Origin: a virus
Reading direction: 5' to 3' (one strand)
DNA length: 64,000 nucleotides
Virus record (IMG/VR): IMGVR_UViG_3300035698_013362
Span: 1-64,000 of that record
Shown: piece after piece, positions 29,995 to 40,129 of the stretch
Position numbering within the stretch: the stretch's first letter is position 1
Layout of the letters: every line of letters starts with the position of its first letter
Program-made: the position numbers and the translations under genes
Notes under the pieces: model-generated
What the model saw: only the letters and a program-made list of their open reading frames with translations
The model's database searches: none
What the model was told of the DNA's origin: nothing

Positions 29995-30732
29995 TTAATC
30001 ACTTCCTACTTGTTCGGGGTCAAATCCCATATCCATATCACCTTCTGATGGACTACGGTTTGATATACATTCGGCAGATTCAAATTCAGAGTAACACTCT
30101 TCTCTATATTCATTAAGGCCGTTATCATTTTTGTTTTCTTTGATAGAACGACTTAGATATACTCGATGAGCAATCATTGTGAGATAAGAGAATGGATTAG
30201 TTTTCTTGAATTGGAATTGAGTGAGGTCTATGTTCTTAATTTCAGGTTTGTAATGTCGAACGATTTCTTTAATTTTAGCATCTGGATCGTTAGGGTCTTC
30301 TGCATCAACATATTCTTCACGCTCAGTAAACATTTTGATGTTACATGTTTCAGATCCAAGATCATGTTTAGTGATAACACAATCTGCCCAATCAGTCACC
30401 TTTTCTTCAGGATTCTCGGCGTCATACATAACGCTGTATTTGATAACAGCATCCTTTTTATAATCACGATGACATAATGAGGTTAAATCTGAGGGATCAG
30501 TGGTATCAATAAGATAGAGGTTTTTATACATTCGTACAACAGCATCACCTGCCATATCATCACGATATGTACGTCTATCCCATTTAGAACCTGCCGCAAG
30601 ACCGTAAGCGATTTGAATCAACATTTCGCCTAATCTTTCTGATGCTTCTCCAGTCGTTTTATAGTCAAGGATCTCAACTCTCAAGTCTTCTGGTTGGATG
30701 TAATACTTCTTACGGGGTTTCTTTTTTTCCAT
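29995..30732 (-). CDS. 55: late-transcription sigma factor (gp55) with internal insertion
   Basis: KYYI, LGEMLIQIAYGLA, YRDDMAGDAV, NPFSYLTMIA...IKE; next to gp47. Confidence 0.85.
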   Translation of the reverse strand: MEKKKPRKKYYIQPEDLRVEILDYKTTGEASERLGEMLIQIAYGLAAGSKWDRRTYRDDMAGDAVVRMYKNLYLIDTTDPSDLTSLCHRDYKKDAVIKYSVMYDAENPEEKVTDWADCVITKHDLGSETCNIKMFTEREEYVDAEDPNDPDAKIKEIVRHYKPEIKNIDLTQFQFKKTNPFSYLTMIAHRVYLSRSIKENKNDNGLNEYREECYSEFESAECISNRSPSEGDMDMGFDPEQVGSD

Positions 30733-30748
30733 AAGAATATTATAGAAT

Positions 30749-31279
30749 TTACTTAGTCAATAATTTAGCACCAACAATCGTATAAGAAGCATATGAGTAG
30801 TTGCCTCCACCTGCTAAAGTAGCATTCAATTGTAGGTTAAGTTCTGCAACACCTACACCATACTGATTAGGCTTAACAGGTATAAAGCACATAGTATCAG
30901 AAATTTCGGACTGGCTGTCATTTTCTCCACCAAATCCAGAGACAATTTGATAAGCTCCTACATCCCAAGGATATGATGCACGTAGACCTACCGTTGCACC
31001 ATTATCGTTTGTTGCAGCTCTTTGCTTAACCCAAATACCTCGGATATTAGAAGTACTACCTGAAGAAAGGGTAAAATTACTTAAATTATAAAGCCATTCA
31101 GATACTACACCAGTGCTAACAGCTTGGCTTAAAGCTCCACCATTATCTGTTGTTGCTGTAATGGCTACATGTTCTTCATCTGGATTAACAAATGAAGTGT
31201 TACCAGCATTATCAATGTAGATATATTTACCGTAATCGGCTTCTTCTACTTTTATAGATTGTATAATTTTCTTAGTCAT
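30749..31279 (-). CDS. putative tail fibre-associated protein
   Basis: Beta-rich, follows fibre gene. Confidence 0.55.
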   Translation of the reverse strand: MTKKIIQSIKVEEADYGKYIYIDNAGNTSFVNPDEEHVAITATTDNGGALSQAVSTGVVSEWLYNLSNFTLSSGSTSNIRGIWVKQRAATNDNGATVGLRASYPWDVGAYQIVSGFGGENDSQSEISDTMCFIPVKPNQYGVGVAELNLQLNATLAGGGNYSYASYTIVGAKLLTK

Positions 31280-32709
31280 TATTCAAATACCCTCTGTACT
31301 GCTCCAAATATGTTAAATGATATTGATGAACCACCACCATATAGTATGGTTAAATCAATAGAAGTTTGTCCTTTGTTAATAGGGACCATTGTTGTTGTGT
31401 AATCATTAATAGCATCTCCATTACCACCTGCATATGCGCCACCGATTTTATACATGTTGTTATCTGGATATTCAGCTTGAACATAACATACTTCGTTATT
31501 CGTTGAAGATACAACATTAATGTATAGAGCTCTAATTTGAGTAGTATCTAAACCAACTCCAACAAAATCAGCGATGTCATATGTCCAAGTATTGTTTGAG
31601 TTAGATTTAACTAAAGCTTCAGTACCAGCACTTAAGCTAACAAATTGTTGATCCATCGAATGAATCTGAGCAATATTTGCAGCTTTTTCAGTAGAAGGTG
31701 TAACACTATCTTTAAACTCGGCATTAGAGGCGAATGGGACAGCATAATTATCCATGTAGTACTTTAGCTGATAAGGATTTATACAAACATCAGTTGCGTC
31801 TCCTGCAAGAGCTTCAGGATAAGTAGCTATACGGATTATGCCTTTAGTTATTTCAGAAGCATCAGGAACGTTATCAATAGTAACATCATATGGCTGAAGC
31901 ATTAAATCATCAGTAGTAACTTCACGAATTTCAATACCAGAACCTGGTACTAAACTAGTATCAATATGTTCCCAAGTACCATCACCTGAAACCGTTACCC
32001 ATCCAATAGAAGAATCAGAAAGTAATACAGTACGAAGATGGATTGTTGCATTAATTTCATCAACGTAATTAGATTTTAATGAAGCTTCTTGACCATTGAT
32101 CTTATCAGTTCCATTAGGAACGATATAAGCAGTAGTTGAAGTGTTGAATTTAGTTACTGAAACCTGTTGTCCTATTTGAGATGTATTAGGAAGAAGTACC
32201 TTACCTGTTGCTTCAAGGAATACGTTAGTAATATAACCAACAGAGAAATCACCTGGATAAGCATTAATCCACTTACTATATTCATCAAAATACATAAGCG
32301 ATTGTAGGTTAATAGGGGCATTGATGTTAGTATCGTCAAGGTCTGTAAGAGATGATACAAAGTCCTTTGAGATAAATGCACTTGAAGCGGCATTCCAAAC
32401 AAGACCCTGATTGTTTTCAATGGTGATTTCAGTAGCATCAACATCTGACAATCCAAAGATAGTATCGGAAAGGCCAAGAGTAGTTTTAACAGCATCAGAA
32501 TCAGCCCAAGTATATTCAGTAGGGCTAATTGAAATAAGGATAGAGTTAGCAACAAGTGGCAAATCAACAGCATTAAGAGAATTCAAATCGGCAAGATAAT
32601 TGTCGTTATAGAATAGTCTCAATATAGCACGGTTAATAGTATTAGCATTAACATACTCGTTGGCGAATAATTTTACGTCGTTTGCTTCATTGTATGGTAA
32701 AGTTGGCAT
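31279..32709 (-). CDS. tail fibre/baseplate protein
   Basis: NEYVNANTINRA, LTDLDDTNI, DASEITKGIIRIAT (T4 gp12/gp34-type repeat); AATAAATA upstream. Confidence 0.7.
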   Translation of the reverse strand: MPTLPYNEANDVKLFANEYVNANTINRAILRLFYNDNYLADLNSLNAVDLPLVANSILISISPTEYTWADSDAVKTTLGLSDTIFGLSDVDATEITIENNQGLVWNAASSAFISKDFVSSLTDLDDTNINAPINLQSLMYFDEYSKWINAYPGDFSVGYITNVFLEATGKVLLPNTSQIGQQVSVTKFNTSTTAYIVPNGTDKINGQEASLKSNYVDEINATIHLRTVLLSDSSIGWVTVSGDGTWEHIDTSLVPGSGIEIREVTTDDLMLQPYDVTIDNVPDASEITKGIIRIATYPEALAGDATDVCINPYQLKYYMDNYAVPFASNAEFKDSVTPSTEKAANIAQIHSMDQQFVSLSAGTEALVKSNSNNTWTYDIADFVGVGLDTTQIRALYINVVSSTNNEVCYVQAEYPDNNMYKIGGAYAGGNGDAINDYTTTMVPINKGQTSIDLTILYGGGSSISFNIFGAVQRVFE

Positions 32710-32734
32710 ATAGTTTAGTCTCGGTTTAAGTTAT

Positions 32735-33784
32735 TTATTGATCTACGTATTCAATCTTCCAAAGCTGAGTATGAGCAGGAGCAATTTTTGTCATTAAGTT
32801 AAATAATGACTTTTCGAATATTGAACGAAGTTTGGTATAGATTTCACCTTCAAGATTAAGTCCAGAGTTATGAATACGAATGCTGTACACATTAGACTTA
32901 TGTCCTTCGGCTTCACCTTTGTATTTACTTACTCCTTCGAAGTGTTCAACAGTTTCGTAATTACGAGTAAGATATTCATTAGGGCCTGTATCTGATTGAT
33001 CAACTTTATAGCTTAACCATAAGTTATCACCACTACGACCAACTTGCTGGTAACGTCTCCATGCAGTAAATTCACCAGAGTCATCAATGAAAACGTTGTA
33101 ATCATTTTTAAGGTGGTTCTTTGTTTTGAATGGATTTACATTAACGAATCCAGCTTTACCTTTATTCTGTCCATATGTTAAATCTGACTCTAGGATATAT
33201 GAATATGGAAGAGATGTAGGAGTTCTGGCAATTTCGATACCTGGAGCAATAGTAGTATATTCATCACCAATAAAGGTTTTATCTATACCATCCACGTTAG
33301 CACTACCGAATACCTTTTCAAGTTCAGCATAAATTTCACCATCAGTCATCGTAGGAGTAATGTTAATGGCAGCAAATTGAGAATCATCATAACGAATTAC
33401 TGTATTGTTTACCTCTTGATAGCGATCAAATAATTTAAATGGTTCTTCAAGGGATAAAGTACCAGAAGCTTCATTTGTTAGAGAGAAATCAAATCCATCG
33501 AACTGACAGAAATCACGTTGACGGACAATAGGCATTCTAAATGAGTTATCTTCTCCTGCACCTGAATAATAAAAATGATTTACGGAGTCTACGTCATATA
33601 AAGTATTGTTATTATACTTATGGAGGGTCCCTGTGTTTTCACCAGTAGTATCTTCATTCTTATTGGTTAACACTACGACATCTTCAAACCCAATTTCTGA
33701 TCCACTAAGATCATCATTCTGAATTCTTACTTTGAACTTACGCTGTCCTGGGCCAGCTGATAATTTGTCAAGAAATAGTTTCAT
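32735..33784 (-). CDS. baseplate wedge-like protein (C-terminal PAHT motif)
   Basis: KIAPAHTQL C-terminus resembles wedge gpI/gp7-like ends; start moved to ATG 33784. Confidence 0.55.
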   Translation of the reverse strand: MKLFLDKLSAGPGQRKFKVRIQNDDLSGSEIGFEDVVVLTNKNEDTTGENTGTLHKYNNNTLYDVDSVNHFYYSGAGEDNSFRMPIVRQRDFCQFDGFDFSLTNEASGTLSLEEPFKLFDRYQEVNNTVIRYDDSQFAAINITPTMTDGEIYAELEKVFGSANVDGIDKTFIGDEYTTIAPGIEIARTPTSLPYSYILESDLTYGQNKGKAGFVNVNPFKTKNHLKNDYNVFIDDSGEFTAWRRYQQVGRSGDNLWLSYKVDQSDTGPNEYLTRNYETVEHFEGVSKYKGEAEGHKSNVYSIRIHNSGLNLEGEIYTKLRSIFEKSLFNLMTKIAPAHTQLWKIEYVDQ

Positions 33785-33785
33785 A

Positions 33786-34745
33786 TTATAGTAATGTGTA
33801 TTTTTGTCCAATATTAGTAAAGCGAAGTGCAATACCAAGTTTTCGATATCCATTAGGACATCCACTAATAAGATGTTCATCATCAAATTCGATTGATCGA
33901 CCTACACCGAACGAGGACGTAAGAGGATCGCTTATAGTGTATGTAAGCTCTGAAGTAGTCGTATCAACTTTATATATCTTAACAGTATCATTATACGGCG
34001 TTCCTACGGCCACTGAGCCATCATGTATTTTTATATCACACTGTGTTCCAACATGAGTATTCGAGATAAGCACTTCTTTCGTTATATTATCTCTATTTGT
34101 ATTTATTTCAAAAAACTTAACATATCCACGTTTAGAAGATGATCCTGATGGAGCAGTACCAATAGCAACCTGATTGTTGTAAATATCGATATAGTTTCCA
34201 AATCTGGCTCCATTAACATCAGAACTTGGAGCAAATGTATAAGTCAATTCGTATTCAGATCCATTATGCTTATAAACATATGCACGACCTGAATTTTTAG
34301 TTATAACCGACCCATTGTTAGTTGTGTATCCAGGGGCACCTACAATAAAGAAGTCATCTCCAGCTACAAGTTCGTATCCAAAGTTACTTTCTTTTGTTAC
34401 ATAGTTAGAGTTACCACTTACCGTAAATTCACCTGGGGTATTGTCTGGTGTAATTGTCTGGATAAGGGATCCATCATCAAGATCGAAGATATAAACTGAT
34501 CCAAGATTTTTATTTTCCCACATAGGATCATCATCTTCAAGTGGTTCCATATAAGGACAACCAATAAAGAGGTGATTACCAATTATATCAAATGAAGCTC
34601 CGAAGTTTAGGTTATCCCCTATATTGATATTACCATCTTCAGTTAGATAATCAATAATAGAGTAAATAGATACGTAATCATATTCTTCAGTTACATCATT
34701 TTTCTTGTAGATCGCAACAGATCCAATATTTTGAATGTTAGCCAT
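33786..34745 (-). CDS. FG-GAP repeat beta-propeller structural protein
   Basis: NFGASFD..IGCP, NFGYEL..VGAPG..GRAYVY, RFGNY. Confidence 0.75.
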   Translation of the reverse strand: MANIQNIGSVAIYKKNDVTEEYDYVSIYSIIDYLTEDGNINIGDNLNFGASFDIIGNHLFIGCPYMEPLEDDDPMWENKNLGSVYIFDLDDGSLIQTITPDNTPGEFTVSGNSNYVTKESNFGYELVAGDDFFIVGAPGYTTNNGSVITKNSGRAYVYKHNGSEYELTYTFAPSSDVNGARFGNYIDIYNNQVAIGTAPSGSSSKRGYVKFFEINTNRDNITKEVLISNTHVGTQCDIKIHDGSVAVGTPYNDTVKIYKVDTTTSELTYTISDPLTSSFGVGRSIEFDDEHLISGCPNGYRKLGIALRFTNIGQKYTLL

Positions 34746-34756
34746 AAATTATTCCA

Positions 34757-34972
34757 TTAAGGGTAAGGACTTCCGTCGCCACCATCGTTGCCACCTGGTA
34801 AGGTTGGATCTCCTGAGATAATCGAGTTACCAGGGTTCCAGACCATCAGATAGTCACCTTTCAATTTAACTTTCTTGCCGAAGTTCTGTGTATAGTTGGT
34901 TCTGAAATACCAATAGCCATCAGTATCCTGCTCAACTACATAAACAACTCCACCAATAGTAATATTAGTCAT
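34757..34972 (-). CDS. small structural protein (single FG-GAP-like unit)
   Basis: GVVYVVE...NFGKKVKLKGDYLMV. Confidence 0.5.
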   Translation of the reverse strand: MTNITIGGVVYVVEQDTDGYWYFRTNYTQNFGKKVKLKGDYLMVWNPGNSIISGDPTLPGGNDGGDGSPYP

Positions 34973-36134
34973 AATATCTGTTCCAAGATTTTCTTATTCT
35001 TAGACCTTTAAGCAAGTTGCTAGAAAAGTCTTGTGGGTTAGCAAATACTGCTCTCCAAAAAGCTTTAGTGTCATCTGTGTTACTAAGAAGTGCAATAGTA
35101 TTCCAATCACTTGAAGCAAAATCATTAGGAGTAAACGTTGCAATGTAATCAGAGTAGAAATTACCAGCTGTATATGTTTGAGCTACTGATTTAGCTGAAT
35201 ATGGATCTCCAGTAATATTAATATTGGTTTGATCGAGGGCTCCTGAGTATTCACCTAGGGCAACTTTAGCTGCATTTGTTGTAACACATTCCATAAATGT
35301 AGAATTGTCTGTAGGCGCTACTGTAAGTCCATTAGCATCGATAGATGACCAATAAGCTACTGTATTATAAGAAACAGAACCCATAAGGTTCATAATATCA
35401 AAGTCTTCAGTTATACCTGCAATAATAGGAGTAGTAATTGTTTCAGCTGTAAGATCGACCTTACGACTCATAGTTACTTCAACGATAGGTTGAGTTCCAC
35501 CAGTAATTTCAATATCTAGTACTTTACGTCCAAAGATCTGGCTACCTGGAGCAGAAAGTGGTGTCCACCCAGCTCCTTTGTATGTAATATCAACTGGTTC
35601 AATTGGAAATGCTACAGTTCGTTTGTTAGTGATCGTAAGAACATCAGCTGCTACGTTCCATGTGTTTTCGTTTGCACCACCAAATGTTTCATATGTGTTT
35701 GATGCAACAGCAAATCCATCCATTAGAGTTTCTTCAACATAATAGATTGTACAAGGTTGAGCAGATACTGTTTTATTGTCTAAAGCCGTTCCAGTAACTG
35801 AATCTGTATAATTAGTGATTACTGCTTGTGATCCATCATCCCAAACAAGTAAACGAGTGTTTACAGCATCAGCTTCAAGGAAAAATGGATCAACACTAAT
35901 AAGATCATTACCACTCTGAGAAATGTTAATAGTACCAGAGTAACGAGCATTAACACCACCACCAGTTTCAAGATACACATATTCAGTACATTGAGTTGCC
36001 CAGTAATCAGAAAGCATATCCAATCCGTTATTATTGATTAGGTTATGATCCTTTTTAGACTTCCATTCGATATCCTGTGTTACAGGATCCTTCTGTCCAT
36101 ATCGTACTTCTATTTTAAAATTTGAGTTAGTCAT
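34965..36134 (-). CDS. virion structural protein
   Basis: HNLINNNGLD N-terminus, Thr/Asn-rich. Confidence 0.65.
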   Translation of the reverse strand: MTNSNFKIEVRYGQKDPVTQDIEWKSKKDHNLINNNGLDMLSDYWATQCTEYVYLETGGGVNARYSGTINISQSGNDLISVDPFFLEADAVNTRLLVWDDGSQAVITNYTDSVTGTALDNKTVSAQPCTIYYVEETLMDGFAVASNTYETFGGANENTWNVAADVLTITNKRTVAFPIEPVDITYKGAGWTPLSAPGSQIFGRKVLDIEITGGTQPIVEVTMSRKVDLTAETITTPIIAGITEDFDIMNLMGSVSYNTVAYWSSIDANGLTVAPTDNSTFMECVTTNAAKVALGEYSGALDQTNINITGDPYSAKSVAQTYTAGNFYSDYIATFTPNDFASSDWNTIALLSNTDDTKAFWRAVFANPQDFSSNLLKGLRIRKSWNRYYD

Positions 36135-36156
36135 ATTGGTTTCCTAAATATATTTA

Positions 36157-38256
36157 TTAGTTGTGGACGTAGCTAATTGTTGGACTTGGGGCTGTTCCAG
36201 CAAATCCTGGGGTATAACCATTCTGAGGAGCAATTTCACTACTATCAGTAACATAGAAGAAAGAACCAGAGGCTGGTATATCATGAAGAATTTCCCAATC
36301 AGTAGATCCATCATAAGCAATGTCATTGAATGGGGCTGAATCTTTAGTCCATTTAGGTCTAGAGTTCAATGTTCCATTAAGGTCATATGTTCCATCAGCA
36401 TCAGGAGTGTTTGTTGCACCAGCTACGATCAATTGATCAGGGATAGCAAGCTCATATGCGCCTGAAGCGATTGAACCAAATACTTGGAATGGATCTTCAT
36501 AAAAGCTTTCGATGGTACAATATACTCCACTTGGAATCGAACCTATAATATTAAACTCAGGTTCACCAGGGGCAGGATCTCCAGGGGCAACAGGTGGATG
36601 AAATGGCATATTGATTGTAATGTTCCAACCTTTAGCTATCAATGAGTTGACAGCTCCTACTGCTTCTGGATCAGTTACGCTTGGCATTCCATCTTCAGCA
36701 TCAAGGGTTCCGTTAAGGTTACCAGCTTCATGAAGAACAATAGCACAAAGTTCAAGATCAGCTTGAGTCAAATCAGTGTTCTGAATATCAATATCAGTTA
36801 ACGAAGTACCTGCATTAAATGAACCAGAGGCAGGCATTCCATTGTATTTAATACCGAAGTCAGTATCAGGAACATCACTAAGTAAACCAGCAAAACCTGT
36901 TGTAGCATGAGCATCAATCGTTACATTATCTTTGAATGAATCCATGATGAGATAAATTATACCAGGGGCAGCTAAAGTGATTACTGGATGAGAAGTGTAT
37001 TCGAATGTTCCATCAGGTTTAGCCCATTTGATTCCAGTTCCACCAAACACTTCGAAGTCCATTGTTCCTGCATTCATACGAATAGGGAATATTGGTCTTT
37101 GTTCAAGTGTATAGTCTTTAGATATCTTAGTTCCATTAGTAGGAAGAGTAGGGAAGTCAGTGCTAAATATATCTGGAGTATCGGTCGTATTAAGATCGTA
37201 AATGTAAATTGCTTCTTCACGATCGGAGCCAACAACTAGGTCATTTCCTTTAACTGAAATACTATTACCAAATGATCCTCTACCATCAGTTGATTCAGGA
37301 ATAAAGGCTTGGCAAAGCGGGTTTTCAATAAGTTTAGAGACACCATCAATAGTATCAAACACATAAAGAGTAGGGGTTCCTGTTGTCGAATCAAGGAACA
37401 CATCTTTATCCATTTCCATGAGAACAATACCTTCAGTTACGCCTGTAATGCTAGAGCGAGATGAAGGAACTAAACATTCATATGCTAGGAATAAGCCATC
37501 ATCACTATATTCGATAGACCAGATACGTCCTATCTTTTCTTCAGGGATCCCATTAATAGTGATTATACGAGATTCAACTGGATGGTAAGATAATCCAGTC
37601 AAATCATTTACTGTAGACGTTTCTTGTACAGCGCTAAAGTCCACTGAGTGTGTTGTAGGCGTAACGTTTGATTCATCTGCAATGTTAAATCGGTATGTAT
37701 TGAAAACACCTTCAGCGTACGTAATAGTGTAAAATACATTGTTGTAGATAATTGAATCCACAAAACTATAAAGTGAAGTAACTGTGTGCTTAGAAAGAAC
37801 TCCGATATCAATGAATTCTTCATCATAAATGTTTAAGATGGTTCCTTTGATTTCAAAGAGAACAGAAATCCAATCCGAATCAGATAATCCAAATGCTACT
37901 CCATAGTTGTCATACACTTCTAGATGGTAACATTGGCCATTGAAAATCTTACGTAGATCTTCATCACTTACATTAGCCTGATATTGACGTCCGGTACTAT
38001 CGATATCAGCACCTACAGCAGTAACCTTAAACCCGAATGGATCATTCTTTTTACGTAAAAGAATTTTACCAGGTTTATTCTTAGAAGTCTGTAATCTGAA
38101 CTCATCAGTTCCTTCTTCAGTGTAAGGCTCTTTATATAGCATCCACTGATTTTCTAAGAAGTCAACAGAATAGGAATCTATTACGCATCCTTCAAGTGAT
38201 TCGATCCATTCTCTGTTATGTGTAAGTTTATATTTTTCGTGATTAGTCAGTGACAT
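36157..38256 (-). CDS. baseplate/fibre structural protein
   Basis: 699 aa, FG-GAP-like unit SFGNSISVKGNDLVVGS, Pro-rich linker. Confidence 0.65.
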   Translation of the reverse strand: MSLTNHEKYKLTHNREWIESLEGCVIDSYSVDFLENQWMLYKEPYTEEGTDEFRLQTSKNKPGKILLRKKNDPFGFKVTAVGADIDSTGRQYQANVSDEDLRKIFNGQCYHLEVYDNYGVAFGLSDSDWISVLFEIKGTILNIYDEEFIDIGVLSKHTVTSLYSFVDSIIYNNVFYTITYAEGVFNTYRFNIADESNVTPTTHSVDFSAVQETSTVNDLTGLSYHPVESRIITINGIPEEKIGRIWSIEYSDDGLFLAYECLVPSSRSSITGVTEGIVLMEMDKDVFLDSTTGTPTLYVFDTIDGVSKLIENPLCQAFIPESTDGRGSFGNSISVKGNDLVVGSDREEAIYIYDLNTTDTPDIFSTDFPTLPTNGTKISKDYTLEQRPIFPIRMNAGTMDFEVFGGTGIKWAKPDGTFEYTSHPVITLAAPGIIYLIMDSFKDNVTIDAHATTGFAGLLSDVPDTDFGIKYNGMPASGSFNAGTSLTDIDIQNTDLTQADLELCAIVLHEAGNLNGTLDAEDGMPSVTDPEAVGAVNSLIAKGWNITINMPFHPPVAPGDPAPGEPEFNIIGSIPSGVYCTIESFYEDPFQVFGSIASGAYELAIPDQLIVAGATNTPDADGTYDLNGTLNSRPKWTKDSAPFNDIAYDGSTDWEILHDIPASGSFFYVTDSSEIAPQNGYTPGFAGTAPSPTISYVHN

Positions 38257-40129
38257 ATTCGTAATATCCAGTTAAAGCATTAAAGGCACCATTAAGGGAA
38301 CCGGTTGGAACAGTATTATAGATGTTCAATAAGTCACCAAGGGCTAGCATATTGAATGATCCATCTATAGCAGCATTTTTGTTTTGTTCACCTCTTGAAT
38401 CAAGGTTATCTTCTGCTTCATGGTAGCTTCCATAAGACATATATTCTTTAGCATAGTCTCTCCATGAATCAATGATCATTCCTTTTACAGAAGTATCATC
38501 TGGATTATATTTATATCCCTGATCGCCAGACACATCAACGATTCCATTATACTTTGTTCCTAATTCACGACTTGTTTCGAGAGTATATTGAATGAGACGT
38601 GGGAATGTACGATAAGTCTTTTCAATAAGGTTCCAAAGGAATGGAGTAGGTGCAATAGTTGGATAATCTTGAGATTTAGCATTTACCCATGGTGCTTGTG
38701 AGTATTCACCAGTTGTCCCCATGTATTTTTGTTGCATTTCAAGTAGTTCATCTGATGATACATAATCCGTAGCTGGGAAGTCTGTCCAGAAGGAAGGGCT
38801 ATGAGTATCATAAATCTTGTCTAAGAACTGCATAAGGACATCAAGATTATCATCATCGTTAATAATACCTAAACGTCTGAACAATGCAAGAATATCTTCA
38901 CTACCTTCTTCTGAGATATTACCTTCCCAAAAGCGTTCGTTTCCTGGATTTCTTGCAGGTTCAGAAGTTGTTACAGTTTCATATCCGATAGTACGTAAAA
39001 CAGGTGGAAGATATTCGATTTGTCCTGAAGCATTAAGATAAGGCTCTGCATACATTTCAGTAATAGGAACTTCATTTGTCTTATATGGAATAGAGCTTGG
39101 GGCAATATTCATATACTCAGTGTTGTCATAATATTCAACAACTTCAACTTCAAGGAGGGATCCAAGATCTCCAATGTTCTTAAGGAATTTAGTCCATGAT
39201 CTAAATGGGTCGTTATTGATACCCATTGAAAGTATTTCAGACTCAGATTTAGTTGGAACAAAGAATCCAAACTCTTCAATATTAGAGTATTCACGAATAA
39301 CGTATTCAGTGAGCATCTTTTCAATTATCTTCTGTGATCCAAGGATTGAGTTCTTCTGTGTAATAGATTTAAGTGTTTCTCGTAAGAAGAGAATCTTAAT
39401 GCAATAGTTACGACAGAATTTAGCAGCAACATCAAGCATATCACCAGTATTAAGGAGTTCATAATGAGCATGATCATCTAATCGATCAATCGTTCCATCT
39501 CGTACTCTGGCTACATAAGTGTAATCAGATCCTAAATATTCTTCAGGAACAACTAATTCAATAATGCCAATATGTTCAATACCTTCATCTGAGGTAGGAT
39601 CAAAAAGCATATTGATCAATACTTCTTTAAATGAAGTATCAACTAATTGGTCAAGATACCCTGCGTTGATTTCAGAATCAGTGGCATTATCACCGAATAC
39701 TTCTTCTACATCTGTTAAAGAGTGTCGTCCATACAATACAAATTCTCTATTGACTGAATATGTATCAATAAGGGATTCGAGTTGGTCACTCCAAGGGATA
39801 TCGAATAACGAAAGATTCTCAACATTAAGGAGAATCGCAATATTCTTTAGATCAGTTAACGTACACAGATCAATGTCTGCAACGTTCTCCATCATGTTAG
39901 CTACACCTTCATATATAACTTTGATTATAGAAGTTTCACCATCTTCGGAGTTTGCTGCTGTATCAAAGAACTCCCAAAGGTTGTCTTGATCTTTAAAGTA
40001 ATCATTTACAATAAGTTCTTTAAGATTATCGACAAATGCGAAGTCACCGTTCTTACGAGCAACTGAATTAATCTTAAGCTTTTGAATCTCATCATATTGA
40101 TTTACTAAGGTATTGGAAATCTTACTCAT
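38243..40129 (-). CDS. baseplate wedge protein (gp7-like N-terminal part)
   Basis: Follows gp6; ADIDLCTLTDLKNIA and KNSILG motifs. Confidence 0.55.
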   Translation of the reverse strand: MSKISNTLVNQYDEIQKLKINSVARKNGDFAFVDNLKELIVNDYFKDQDNLWEFFDTAANSEDGETSIIKVIYEGVANMMENVADIDLCTLTDLKNIAILLNVENLSLFDIPWSDQLESLIDTYSVNREFVLYGRHSLTDVEEVFGDNATDSEINAGYLDQLVDTSFKEVLINMLFDPTSDEGIEHIGIIELVVPEEYLGSDYTYVARVRDGTIDRLDDHAHYELLNTGDMLDVAAKFCRNYCIKILFLRETLKSITQKNSILGSQKIIEKMLTEYVIREYSNIEEFGFFVPTKSESEILSMGINNDPFRSWTKFLKNIGDLGSLLEVEVVEYYDNTEYMNIAPSSIPYKTNEVPITEMYAEPYLNASGQIEYLPPVLRTIGYETVTTSEPARNPGNERFWEGNISEEGSEDILALFRRLGIINDDDNLDVLMQFLDKIYDTHSPSFWTDFPATDYVSSDELLEMQQKYMGTTGEYSQAPWVNAKSQDYPTIAPTPFLWNLIEKTYRTFPRLIQYTLETSRELGTKYNGIVDVSGDQGYKYNPDDTSVKGMIIDSWRDYAKEYMSYGSYHEAEDNLDSRGEQNKNAAIDGSFNMLALGDLLNIYNTVPTGSLNGAFNALTGYYEYVTD

